32,000 nt of DNA from Methanothermobacter thermautotrophicus str. Delta H (lineage in GTDB: Archaea; Methanobacteriota; Methanobacteria; Methanobacteriales; Methanothermobacteraceae), in the NCBI RefSeq assembly GCF_000008645.1, contig NC_000916.1, forward strand, positions 840,001 through 872,000. The letters run 5' to 3'. The position numbers and the translations under genes are program-made. Below are positions 8,719 to 17,800 of this stretch, one piece after another. Every line of letters starts with the position of its first letter. Positions within the stretch are counted from its first letter, which is position 1. The notes under the pieces were generated by a model. The model ran no database searches. It was not told the origin of the DNA and worked only from the letters and a program-made list of their open reading frames with translations.

Positions 8719-9414
8719 CTAGATCTCCAGCGTTACCATGAGGGGTATATGATCAGATAACCTTGGCCTGGTCTCTATGATTTCACCTGCCGGGGGGTGC
8801 CAGACGTCAAGGATCTTCACTCCTTCCGGGACAAAGAGGTAATCAATCTGGTATTTCCCCCCGTTAGGTGTCATGAATGTGAATGGATCTTCCTCCTCCC
8901 TGAGAACATCCCTGAATCCAAGTTCAGAGAGTCTTCCGGTCATCTCCTCAGCAAGGAGTGCTAACCTCCTCAGGGATGGGCTGAAGTTTTTATTGATGTT
9001 GAAATCACCGCCAATTATGATCAGGTCCTCTCCCTCCTCAATGTAGTTATAGAGGAGGTCAAGGAACTCAGAAAAGTCACTATCTGCTGGCCCAATGTAA
9101 TTGTATATGCTAAAGAGGGAAAGACTATTTCCTCCGATTTCTATTCTGCAGGAAACATAAAAATCTTCTATACAGTGGTTGTCTGAGATTTCAAGGTAGT
9201 TCCTTTTCATGGAATCCAGCATGAGATCCTTATGAAGAAGTAATGTGTTCATCTCCCCGCGGAAGGTATGGTAATTCCACCTTACCTCATTGGGTATCAT
9301 GTAGACCTCCTGGAAAAATCCTGCATCAAATTCCAGTTCCCCCATATAACTCCAGAGTTTCCTCCGCCTGTAGGATGCCCGGTTCAGGTTCCATGTCAGA
9401 ACCTTAAGTTCCAT
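8719..9414 (-). CDS. Endonuclease/exonuclease/phosphatase (EEP) family protein
   Basis: 231 aa with LKVLTWNLN near the N-terminus, IIIGGDFN in the middle and LSDHIPLMV at the C-terminus, which are classic EEP motifs. SD GGGGGTGAT lies upstream of the ATG. Confidence 0.85.
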   Translation of the reverse strand: MELKVLTWNLNRASYRRRKLWSYMGELEFDAGFFQEVYMIPNEVRWNYHTFRGEMNTLLLHKDLMLDSMKRNYLEISDNHCIEDFYVSCRIEIGGNSLSLFSIYNYIGPADSDFSEFLDLLYNYIEEGEDLIIIGGDFNINKNFSPSLRRLALLAEEMTGRLSELGFRDVLREEEDPFTFMTPNGGKYQIDYLFVPEGVKILDVWHPPAGEIIETRPRLSDHIPLMVTLEI

Positions 9415-9457
9415 TCAATCACCCCCAGGTTCAGGTTCCATGTCAGAACCTTAAGTT
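9381..9457. repeat. Perfect 30-bp direct repeat (9381-9410 and 9428-9457, period 47 bp) straddling the EEP start codon
   Basis: GGTTCAGGTTCCATGTCAGAACCTTAAGTT was read twice in the plus-strand text. Confidence 0.95.
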
Positions 9458-9506
9458 ATCCTATAGAAAATTGTGATGCCCATTAACTTAAACACAACCG
9501 GAAACA

Positions 9507-9514
9507 TTTATATA
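9507..9514. promoter_or_regulatory. Consensus archaeal TATA box (TTTATATA) in a divergent intergenic region
   Basis: ACATTTATATAGG lies between the EEP gene (minus) and the membrane/MarR gene string (plus). It could serve either direction. Confidence 0.5.
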
Positions 9515-9520
9515 GGAAGA

Positions 9521-9556
<36 letters not shown>

Positions 9557-9573
9557 TAGGAGTTTTTGAGAAG

Positions 9574-10397
9574 ATGAAAATAAATAAGATCCATACACTA
9601 ACAGCCCTCATAACACTTATGGGGCTCTTTGCAACACTATCTGGCCTCCTGGACCAGAACACATACATCAACGACTCATTATCAGCAACTGCACAGATGA
9701 TGGGCCAGGACCTCGTGACACTCACCACAGGGATCCCCCTCATAATCATTTCAGCATACCTTAGCCGTTCCTCGGCCAAAGCCAGGCTGCTGTGGATGGG
9801 TGGAATGTTCTACTTCACCTACACCTATGCCTCCATGGCCTTCCTCGCATCCTACAACAGTCTCTTCCTCCTGTATGTGGGCATACTTGCCTTATCACTC
9901 TACGGCCTCATGGGAGAGCTGTTCACAACCACCTACAGGGTTAATGTTGATGATAAAAAATCAGGCTTCACAGCCATCTACCTCACCCTCACCGGATTAA
10001 TGCTGGCAGCCATGTGGATCAAGATGATCACAGATTCCCTGATAACCGGCATGGCCCCGGGGCCTTGAGGGCTACACAACCCTCGTCATACAGGCACTCG
10101 ACCTCGGCGTCGTGGTTCCAGCGGCCCTCCTCACATCATACTTCCTCCTGAAGAGAGAAGTGTGGGGCTACGTCCTTGCACCGGTATTTCTTGTCAAGGT
10201 ATCATTACTGGGAACAGCCATACTCTCAATGGTGCCTTCATGGCCATGGAGGGGGTCCCATTCAGCTGGGGGCAGGCTGGCTTCTTTATGGTCCTCACCT
10301 TCACAGGCCTGGCGTCACCGGGATTTTCTACCGGGGAATGGCAATCACATCAGGGAGGTTGACACTGGATGAAGGATATGCAGGCAATACGGGATGA
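9574..10397 (+). pseudogene. Polytopic membrane protein gene interrupted by at least two frameshifts
   Basis: Hydrophobic, protein-like translation continues from frame 1 (9574-10068) into frame 2 (10067 to about 10230). It then returns to frame 1 (about 10228-10362) and possibly moves to frame 3 (about 10314-10397). The first switch lies at the tract GGCCCCGGGGCC. Confidence 0.55.
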
Positions 10398-10866
10398 ACA
10401 CCGGGAGACAAGGGAGTCCATGGAGAGGTACATACTGGTAGCCCTCTTCCTCATCGAGCAGCGCTGGAGCTACATAGTGAGCCGCGAGTTCCGCGAAGAT
10501 GGCATAACAGCAAAGCAGTGGCTCTTCATGGTGATCCTTGGAAACGTCTTTGAAAGGCCCCCCTCAATGCAGGAGATGGCTGATGCCATGAGCAGCACCC
10601 ACCAGAACGTCAAGCAACTTGCAGTTCGCCTTGAGGATAAGGGACTCCTGAGAATAAAACAGGACCCTGAAAACAGGAGGATGCTGCGCCTCGAGCCAAC
10701 AGGGAGGTTCCATGAGTTCTGGGCTGGCAGAGATGAGAGAGACGCCGCCACCCTGAAATCCCTCTTCGATTCACTTGACGATGAAGAGGTCAAAATCCTG
10801 TTTAACGTATTTTCAAAGCTTGAGGAAGCCTCAAAGCAGCGCTATATGGAATACCGTGCGAGATGA
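10369..10866 (+). CDS. MarR-family winged-helix transcriptional regulator
   Basis: 165 aa with ITAKQWLFMVIL...PPSMQEMADAMSSTHQNVKQLAVRLEDKGLLRIKQDPENRRMLRLEPT, the HTH plus DP-x-D/N-RR wing. SD GGGAGGT lies upstream. Confidence 0.9.
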   Translation: MKDMQAIRDEHRETRESMERYILVALFLIEQRWSYIVSREFREDGITAKQWLFMVILGNVFERPPSMQEMADAMSSTHQNVKQLAVRLEDKGLLRIKQDPENRRMLRLEPTGRFHEFWAGRDERDAATLKSLFDSLDDEEVKILFNVFSKLEEASKQRYMEYRAR

Positions 10867-10870
10867 TCAG

Positions 10871-11602
10871 ATGCTAAGAAAAAGATTTGAAATGGAAGTT
10901 AGAGAAGAACTCAGAAAGGTTCATAATCTGAATGAGAGGGAACTGCCAGGGTTACTTGCAGGATACCTTGAATCCTCCGGTCTCCCCCATGACCCTCAAA
11001 ACCTCCTGATCAGGTGGGCTGACTCAAAAATAAGGAGAGGACCCCGCTGGATGAATGTGGACATGACCCAGATCAACACTCCAGCACCCTTCAGGAGCGT
11101 TTACATAAAGGGCCGTTTTTTAGGAATACCCCTTGAGGGCCTTGACACGTATTCCGGAGGCCATGGAGAAATGACCATCAGGGCCCTGAAATTTCTGAAG
11201 GTCGCAGAGGAGCGTGGAGATCCTATGGACGTGTCGGCCCTTGTAACTCTACTCTCAGAGGCCCCATTTCTACCGTCCCTCTTCCTTGCAGAGTGTACGG
11301 AATGGTCACAGCTGGATGATGAAAGGGTTGAGGGTAGAATCAGGGACCATGGCATCACTGCCAGTGGTCTGTTCACCTTCGATGAGCATGGAAGGTTCCT
11401 GAAATTCTATACAGAGGACAGGTACTGTGCAGAGTTCAACATGGAGCAGCACCCCTGGAGTGTTGAGGTGCTATCATACAGGGATACCGGGGGTTTTATC
11501 TATCCCACGGAGTGCACCGCAACATGGCACCTACCGGAGGGTGACCTGAAGTACTTCCATGGAAGGATCGGAGACGCAAGGTTCAACATAAGGACGCTTT
11601 AA
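10871..11602 (+). CDS. Hypothetical protein, translationally linked to marR
   Basis: The ATG at 10871 lies 4 nt after the MarR stop. The track start at 10775 would overlap MarR by 92 nt. 243 aa, soluble-looking, no motif recognised. Confidence 0.65.
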   Translation: MLRKRFEMEVREELRKVHNLNERELPGLLAGYLESSGLPHDPQNLLIRWADSKIRRGPRWMNVDMTQINTPAPFRSVYIKGRFLGIPLEGLDTYSGGHGEMTIRALKFLKVAEERGDPMDVSALVTLLSEAPFLPSLFLAECTEWSQLDDERVEGRIRDHGITASGLFTFDEHGRFLKFYTEDRYCAEFNMEQHPWSVEVLSYRDTGGFIYPTECTATWHLPEGDLKYFHGRIGDARFNIRTL

Positions 11603-11678
11603 TTTGTCCGGATCACTCCATGGATTGAAGAAAATTCAGGGCACTTTAAATATATTATGAAACATAGGATATACTGTT

Positions 11679-12410
11679 ATGAAAGAACTCTATCCATTCA
11701 TTTTCAGAAGAAAGTCCACTAGAAAGTACAGGGGCCCCGCATCAGAGGATGAACTCAGGGAAATTGAGGACCGCCTTGAGAAAATTGAACCCCTCCTGGA
11801 GGATTTTGATACCGAATTCATGCTCCTGGAGAGGGATGATGTGAGGACCCGGATGCAGCGGCCGGCCCCCCACTATATAGCAGCCTTCTCAGATGGCTAT
11901 GTGGGGAAGGTGAATGTGGGATTCATGCTCCAGCAGATGGACCTCAGAATCTCAGGCATGGGCCTCGGGAGCTGCTGGCAGGGGATCCCGAAGCCAAGGG
12001 GTCATGTGAAGTCTGAACTTGATTTTGTCATACTCCTGGCCTTTGGTGCTGCAGCTGAACCCGTCCACAGGGAGCACTCCGAGTTCAGGAGGAAGCCCCT
12101 CAGTAAGATAACGGACATAGAGGGGCTGGATGATGTCCTCGAGGCTGTGAGACTTGCACCCTCAGCTGTTAACAACCAGCCATGGTACTTCACCGGTGGA
12201 AATGGAAAGATCCATGCCTACTGCCAGGTGCAGAGCCCCCTCAAGAGGCGCCTTGTGGGGAGGTGGAACCCCATAGATATGGGGATAGCCCTTGCACACC
12301 TCAGGATCTCACTTGAATACCACGGGTACCGGTCTGAATTCAGAATCCTTGACGGGGTGGATGAGCTTAAAAACTACACCTACACCGGTACATTCATCTA
12401 TGGGGAGTGA
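11679..12410 (+). CDS. Nitroreductase-family flavoprotein
   Basis: N-terminal RRKSTRKY and later LAPSAVNNQPWYF, the nitroreductase FMN-binding signatures. TTTAAATATA at 11645-11654 lies about 26 nt before the ATG, so the mRNA may be leaderless. Confidence 0.85.
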   Translation: MKELYPFIFRRKSTRKYRGPASEDELREIEDRLEKIEPLLEDFDTEFMLLERDDVRTRMQRPAPHYIAAFSDGYVGKVNVGFMLQQMDLRISGMGLGSCWQGIPKPRGHVKSELDFVILLAFGAAAEPVHREHSEFRRKPLSKITDIEGLDDVLEAVRLAPSAVNNQPWYFTGGNGKIHAYCQVQSPLKRRLVGRWNPIDMGIALAHLRISLEYHGYRSEFRILDGVDELKNYTYTGTFIYGE

Positions 12411-12412
12411 AA

Positions 12413-12856
12413 ATGAAGAATAAAGCTCTGGTGGAATTCCTGGGGGATAAGGAATTTAGAAACTCTGAGTTCGTGGCTGGCATTGTAGCCAACCTCGTCC
12501 TCATCTACATCATAAACAGTGTGATGAACTGGGATATCTCCTTCATTGCAGATTCCTTCAGGGACCTTATACCATTATTAAATGCTGTGATAGGAGCCAA
12601 TCTGGCTGCGAATGCCTGTTTCCTCATCTACAGGAGGCAGTGGTTCTGGACGTTCATGCAGATCATCCTGAGTGCACTGGGGTACCTTATGGTCTCATCC
12701 CTTTACAGTGTATTCCCCTTCACCTTCAGGAACCTCTATGTGTTCTACTCTGTCAGGTTCGCCCTCCTTGTTGCAATGGTCGTCCTTGCGGTTGCCGTAT
12801 TCCTTCATGGCCTCAAATTTGTGCTGAAGTTCGTCCTGAAGATTGACCTGGAATAG
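12413..12856 (+). CDS. Hypothetical integral membrane protein (about 4 TM)
   Basis: Hydrophobic segments throughout. The ATG at 12413 is preceded by GGGGAG, 2 nt after the nitroreductase stop. The track start at 12407 is a GTG inside the SD. Confidence 0.65.
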   Translation: MKNKALVEFLGDKEFRNSEFVAGIVANLVLIYIINSVMNWDISFIADSFRDLIPLLNAVIGANLAANACFLIYRRQWFWTFMQIILSALGYLMVSSLYSVFPFTFRNLYVFYSVRFALLVAMVVLAVAVFLHGLKFVLKFVLKIDLE

Positions 12857-12866
12857 AATTCGGGAA

Positions 12867-13157
12867 TCAGTCCCTGAATATGGCTGAGGCCGTGTTCATT
12901 GCAGAGCCGGCCCTTATCAGTGCCGCCACCGCCGCGGCCTCTGCCAGTTCCCCCTCTGTTATACCTGCCTCAAGGGCCTCCTCTGCGTGTCTCCGTGTGC
13001 ATGCATCACACCTGACTGCAACCGAACATGCCACTGATATGAGAAGTTTCTCCCTCTCCGTGAGTTTACCCTCAGATCTAACTGCTTCCCTGAAGTTTTT
13101 GAATGATTCCGCAACTTCAGGTAGTTCCTCAAGAAATCTGTCTGCTCCTGTCTTCAT
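12867..13157 (-). CDS. Carboxymuconolactone decarboxylase / AhpD-like family protein
   Basis: 96 aa with VACSVAVRCDACTRRHAEEALEAGITEGELAEAAAVAALIRAGSAM, a CxxC within the typical CMD helix pair. Confidence 0.85.
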   Translation of the reverse strand: MKTGADRFLEELPEVAESFKNFREAVRSEGKLTEREKLLISVACSVAVRCDACTRRHAEEALEAGITEGELAEAAAVAALIRAGSAMNTASAIFRD

Positions 13158-13190
13158 GTTCCTTAAGCTGACATCATCCCTTAAATACCT

Positions 13191-13586
13191 TCAGGGTATG
13201 GGTATGCCGTGGGGGCACCTTGCCGGGTTCCTCAGGTACCTCATGAGTGCCAGCTCTGTTTCCCTGAAGAGCTCGTGCTTCATGCGGGAGGCCTCCTCAT
13301 AGGATGAGTCGAGGTCCATTCCAAGGACGTTGTGGAAGAAGCACTCCAGGATCATGTGCCTCCTTAGAACCATCTCTGCAATCTCCCTTCCCTCATCTGT
13401 GAGTTCAGCCCCCAGGTATGGGTGGTAGATGACAAGGCCCATTTCATGGAGTCTCTTGAGCATCTGGGTTACACTGGCTGGTCTGACGTTCATCCTTGAT
13501 GACAGGTCAGAGGTTTTAACGATCCCGTGACTACTTAACCTGTATAATGTCTCGAGGTAGTTTTCCATGCTCCTTGTGAGTTCCAT
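13191..13586 (-). CDS. DtxR/MntR-family metal-dependent transcriptional repressor
   Basis: MENYLETLYRL...TSDLSSRMNVRPASVTQMLKRLHEMGLV...LTDEGREIAEMVLRRH...CPHGIPIP. The ATG at 13586 is preferred over the TTG at 13613. Confidence 0.85.
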   Translation of the reverse strand: MELTRSMENYLETLYRLSSHGIVKTSDLSSRMNVRPASVTQMLKRLHEMGLVIYHPYLGAELTDEGREIAEMVLRRHMILECFFHNVLGMDLDSSYEEASRMKHELFRETELALMRYLRNPARCPHGIPIP

Positions 13587-13597
13587 AAAGACACCAA

Positions 13598-13613
13598 TTG
13601 AATATATATTCAA
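13598..13613. promoter_or_regulatory. Perfect 16-bp palindrome TTGAATATATATTCAA in the divergent dtxR / TIGR04076-like promoter region
   Basis: Read directly and self-complementary. It lies 12 nt upstream of the dtxR-like ATG and about 40 nt upstream of the plus-strand ATG at 13653. Confidence 0.5.
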
Positions 13614-13652
13614 AACCTATTTAAGTTTTGTCATTTATATTCATGAAAGGTG

Positions 13653-13952
13653 ATGGATGTGCTTGAGATACGCGTGCATGAGATAAGGGGTAAGTGCCCG
13701 GTGCACCGGGAGGGGGACCGGATAACAGTTGACGACCATGAGATAGACCTTGAAAGGACAGACGCCCTCTGCACACACGCCCTATCCACGATCCTGCACT
13801 ACACCACAATCCTTGAGAGGAACTGGTGTCCTGTGGAACTTGGACTCACAGTGGACGGCGACGAGGAGCACGCCTACATGCAGTGCGTGGACCCTGGCGA
13901 ACCCTACACAGATGGCGGCACAGTCATATTCCAGGTTAGGGGACTCAGATAA
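13653..13952 (+). CDS. Small Cys-containing protein resembling the TIGR04076 family
   Basis: About 99 aa with GKCPVHREGD, ALCTHAL, NWCP and MQCVDPG. The layout is recalled as TIGR04076-like and needs HMM confirmation. SD GGTGAT lies upstream. Confidence 0.6.
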   Translation: MDVLEIRVHEIRGKCPVHREGDRITVDDHEIDLERTDALCTHALSTILHYTTILERNWCPVELGLTVDGDEEHAYMQCVDPGEPYTDGGTVIFQVRGLR

Positions 13953-13967
13953 GCTGGAAGGGAAACC

Positions 13968-14303
13968 ATGTTCTCAGACTGCAGATTCGGCTCCGTGACC
14001 TACAGGGGACGTGAATACAGATCAGACATCGTGGTGCACGTTGATGGGAGTGTGACACCAAGGAGGAAGGAGATATCAAGGAGGAAATACGGGACATCCC
14101 ATGTCATGGCAGAGGAGGAACTTGAGGAACTCCTGGAAGAGAAACCTGAATCCATAATCATAGGCTCAGGGGTCCATGGAGCCCTTGAAACCGGGTTCAG
14201 ATCAGATGCAACAGTTCTTCCCACCTGTGAGGCCATAAAGAGGTACAATGAGGAGAGGAGTGCCGGTAGGAGGGTTGCGGCCATAATACATGTGACCTGC
14301 TAA
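13968..14303 (+). CDS. Mth938-domain (DUF498) protein
   Basis: 111 aa with YRSDIVVHVDGSV...PESIIIGSGVHGAL...EAIKRYNE, matching the Mth938-like fold family named after the M. thermautotrophicus ORF. Confidence 0.85.
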   Translation: MFSDCRFGSVTYRGREYRSDIVVHVDGSVTPRRKEISRRKYGTSHVMAEEELEELLEEKPESIIIGSGVHGALETGFRSDATVLPTCEAIKRYNEERSAGRRVAAIIHVTC

Positions 14304-14866
14304 TCGACAAGGCCCTCCATGTAAAGCCGGGCCCAGTAGTACCTCAGCATCCTCCTCCTTTCGGTGCAGTCCGGCATCTCAGATTCGAGGATACCCCAGA
14401 ACCTCGGGCTGTGATTCATCTCCCGGAGGTGGGCCAGTTCATGGAGCACCACGTACTCCACCATCCTGTCCGGGAGATGGGAGAGGAGGGTGTTGAAGCT
14501 CAGATTGCCCCTGGAGCTGCAGCTACCCCAGCGGGACCTCATCCTCCTGAAACGGACCCTCCCATATTCGACGCCCAGGACATCAGAGTAATGGTCCAGG
14601 AATCCGCTGACCAGTGATCTCAGTTCCTTATCCCGCCGGTACTCCAGTTCCATGTCAGATGCCCTCTCAAGCATCTCATGGAACTCATGGATCTTCCTCT
14701 GGATCCAGTCACTCCTGGATGATAGAACCTCCATGGGGTCCCCGGTGAAATCTGCGGGGAGTATCAGACGCAGGCTGTCGAATCTCAGCTCAATCCTCGG
14801 GTTCTTAACCCTCCTGTATATGACCTCACATCTAACCTCCAGGTCCCCGGCCATGAATCTGTCCAT
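14300..14866 (-). CDS. YgjP-like / DUF45 zinc metallopeptidase-fold protein (HExxH)
   Basis: VLHELAHLREMNHSPRFW near the C-terminus. The ATG at 14866 lies 4 nt after the hsdR stop; the track start at 14887 is TTG. Its stop overlaps the Mth938 gene stop convergently. Confidence 0.85.
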   Translation of the reverse strand: MDRFMAGDLEVRCEVIYRRVKNPRIELRFDSLRLILPADFTGDPMEVLSSRSDWIQRKIHEFHEMLERASDMELEYRRDKELRSLVSGFLDHYSDVLGVEYGRVRFRRMRSRWGSCSSRGNLSFNTLLSHLPDRMVEYVVLHELAHLREMNHSPRFWGILESEMPDCTERRRMLRYYWARLYMEGLVD

Positions 14867-14870
14867 TTTA

Positions 14871-17800
14871 TCACTGATACCTCTCAAATATTTTCATAAG
14901 ATCTTCCTGTGCTTCATCGGCGATCTGCCTTCTTTTGGGCGCATCCTTCGGGAGGTTCCTCAGGAGGAAAACCCTTATGATTCTCATAACATTCCTCTTA
15001 ACGCTCTCCTGGGACGTCCATCCAGGGAATATGTTCCCATCAACCTCCTCTGTAAGGGCAACAGCATATTCCTTCAGTTTATCCTCTGGTATACCTCTAC
15101 CCCTGAGGGTCATCAGGACCGCGAACTCCTTCTCGTCAAGACCGAGCTCCTTCATTCTGCGCTCCTCCTTCCAGATCTCTCTTATGATGGCAGCGCCCTC
15201 CCTGTAGAGTTCCTCGTAGTCCATGGTTTTCTCCCTCCACTGTTCCAGGAGGCGTTCAACCTTTTCAGCCACCGATTCATAGATGGGGTTCCTTGTGCCA
15301 TTCCTGAGGACATATGAGTTGAGTGTGTAGACTGTTAAGGCAGCCTTATCCCTTATATCCCTGACCTTCCTGAGGTTTTCAAAGTAATCGGAGTCAAATT
15401 CTATTACCGGGAGTTTACTTTCTATTTCCCTGAACTCTGTGGTCCTGTGGATGTATTTGAGGGTTTTCTGGTAATACCTTTCAGTTTCGGCTTCAACTGA
15501 TGGTTTCCTTGATACGACTCTCTGATAGTATGTGTAGATGACCGTGAGCCACCTGTAATCCTTGAGGCCATGCCTTATGAAGGGCTGGTCAGAGAGCAGC
15601 TCGAAGAGCCTTCTGAGTTCACGGTAATTCTCTGTGAATTTCTTTTCGAGTTCTTCATCAGAGGTTATGAGTTCAACCGCGTCGGAGAGGACCTCAATAT
15701 CCATCCCATCCCATTCAAGGTCGCTGAAGATCCTGAGGGTCTCCCTGAGTAGCTCCTCGTATTCCCTCTTCATGGATTCCATATCGTATACTGCGCCCTC
15801 ATACTCCTCCTTACTGTAGAGCTCAAATGCGCGCCTCAGTTCCGCCCCCATGACTCCAATGTAATCTATTATGAGGCCTGCCTCCTTGACGTCCCTGTAG
15901 GGTCTGTTTGTTCTTGCAACTGCCTGCAGCAGTCTGTGTTCCTTCAGTGGCTTGTCGAGGTACATGGTCTGGAGTATGGGTGCGTCGAATCCTGTGAGGA
16001 GCATATCCGTCACTATGAGTATCCGGGGGTTCCTATCAGGGTCCCTGAACCTTTCCAGTACCAGGTTTTTAATCTCATGGTGGTTCCTGCCATGGTATTT
16101 ATCCATGAGTTCCTCATCATAGGCCCTTATTATCTCCTCGTCCCGTGGAGTGTAGGTCATTACGATCTCAGAGTACTCTGGTGGGAGGTGCCTGTCGAGT
16201 TCCCTCTTGTAGAGGACGCATGCCCTTCTGCTTGGAGCCACAACCATGGCCTTGAATCTTCCATCGATGTTCTCTTTGAAGTGTTTCGCGATGTCCTCTG
16301 CTATTAGCTCTATCCTGCGAGGGTTCTCGAGGATGGTTTTTATGGTGTCCAGTTTCCTTTTAACAGATTCCTCAACGTCCTTCCTTATGGATTCTGGCAG
16401 TTCCTCGAATTCCACACCGATGAATGCCTCCAGGTGCTTCCTGTCAAGGTGGACGTCACCTGCGAGTCTCGGCTGATAGGTTATCTTCACGGTGAAGCCG
16501 TCCCTTATGGAGTCTGTTATGAAGTACTGGTGGATGTATTTCTCTTCGGGGGGGTATGCGAACCTATCATAGGTGTCGCGTTCCCTCTTTGATATGGGTG
16601 TTCCTGTGAAGCCGAAGAAGAACGCTGATCTCAGCATGTCCTTCATCTGGGCTGCCAGGAGGCCATACTGACTCCTGTGGGCCTCATCAATGAAGACTAT
16701 GACGTTCTTCCTGTCCATTATGGTTTCTCCTCCATGTTCCCTGAGTTCGGCTGTTATATCATCAAGTTTGTCTGTGAATTTCTGTATGAGTGTTATGAAT
16801 AGGCCCCTCTTTCCCCGGTAGTCATCGCTGGCTATTGTTCTCTTTAATTCTGCTATGGATTCTATTCTTTCAGGCTGGTGGATTTCCAGTGCCGCGAGTT
16901 CTGCGTATAACTGTTCCTCAAGTTCTCTGCGGTCCACTATGAAGAATACTGTTGGGTTCTCCAGTTCCTTCATCCTGTAGAGTTTACTGGCCGCGAATAT
17001 CATTGTCAGGGTTTTGCCTGATCCCTGCCAGTGCCATATGAGGCCCCTGTTCCTTTTATCTTCTCCCCTGATGTTCCTAAGGACCCTTTCAACTATCCTC
17101 TCAGCTGCATGGTACTGCATGTGCCTTGCTATGACCTTGGTTGTTGATCCGAACTCTGTCCTTATGTAGATGTAGTTCCTGATGAAGTCGAGCACCCTTT
17201 CTGGTCTGAGGAGTGGGAGTATATCTGCGGCCGGGAGTCCTGTGTGGTGCTCATGGCCCTGTTTTCTGGATTTTTGAGGGAGTTTACCATCCGTCTCCCT
17301 CCACTCGAAGGTGGGGACCTCATCAAGCCAGGGAACTATCGGGAAGTACCTTGCAAAGTCTTCAGCAGCGACACCCATCTGTACGTACTTGTAGAGTTCC
17401 GGCACTGTCTTCTCATAGTCCTTTATCTGCCGGTAGGCGTCCGCCCATGTCTCTGACATCCCCACGGGGTTTTTGAGTTCTATGTTCACGAGGGGGATGC
17501 CGTTGATGAAGAGCATTATGTCTGTCCTTATGGTCTGGTCACCACGACGGAATACGACCTGCCTTGATGCTGTGAATGAGTTGTGGCTTGGGGTATCGTG
17601 GTCAAGGATTTTGACCTTCCTGGGTTCCCCTGTTGTGGCAGATTTTATGTAAACGCCATTTTTAAGGTATTCAAGTATCGATTTGCATCCCTCAATGCTT
17701 GCTGCTTTACCCCGGAGCTCTTGGATGACCTGCTGTATATCATCATCCTCTATATACTGGTTGATCCTTCTTATGGAGTCTATCAGCTCAGATTCTATGA

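Noticed and set aside
9381-9457. Possibility that the 30-bp repeats here and at 25105-25200 are CRISPR repeats
   Set aside because: Each has only two copies, their sequences are unrelated, one copy lies inside a coding region, and no cas genes or further repeats are present.
14652-15317. 221-aa plus-strand ORF
   Set aside because: It is antisense to the YgjP-like gene and the 3' end of hsdR, with a Leu/Ser-rich shadow translation and no SD or TATA.
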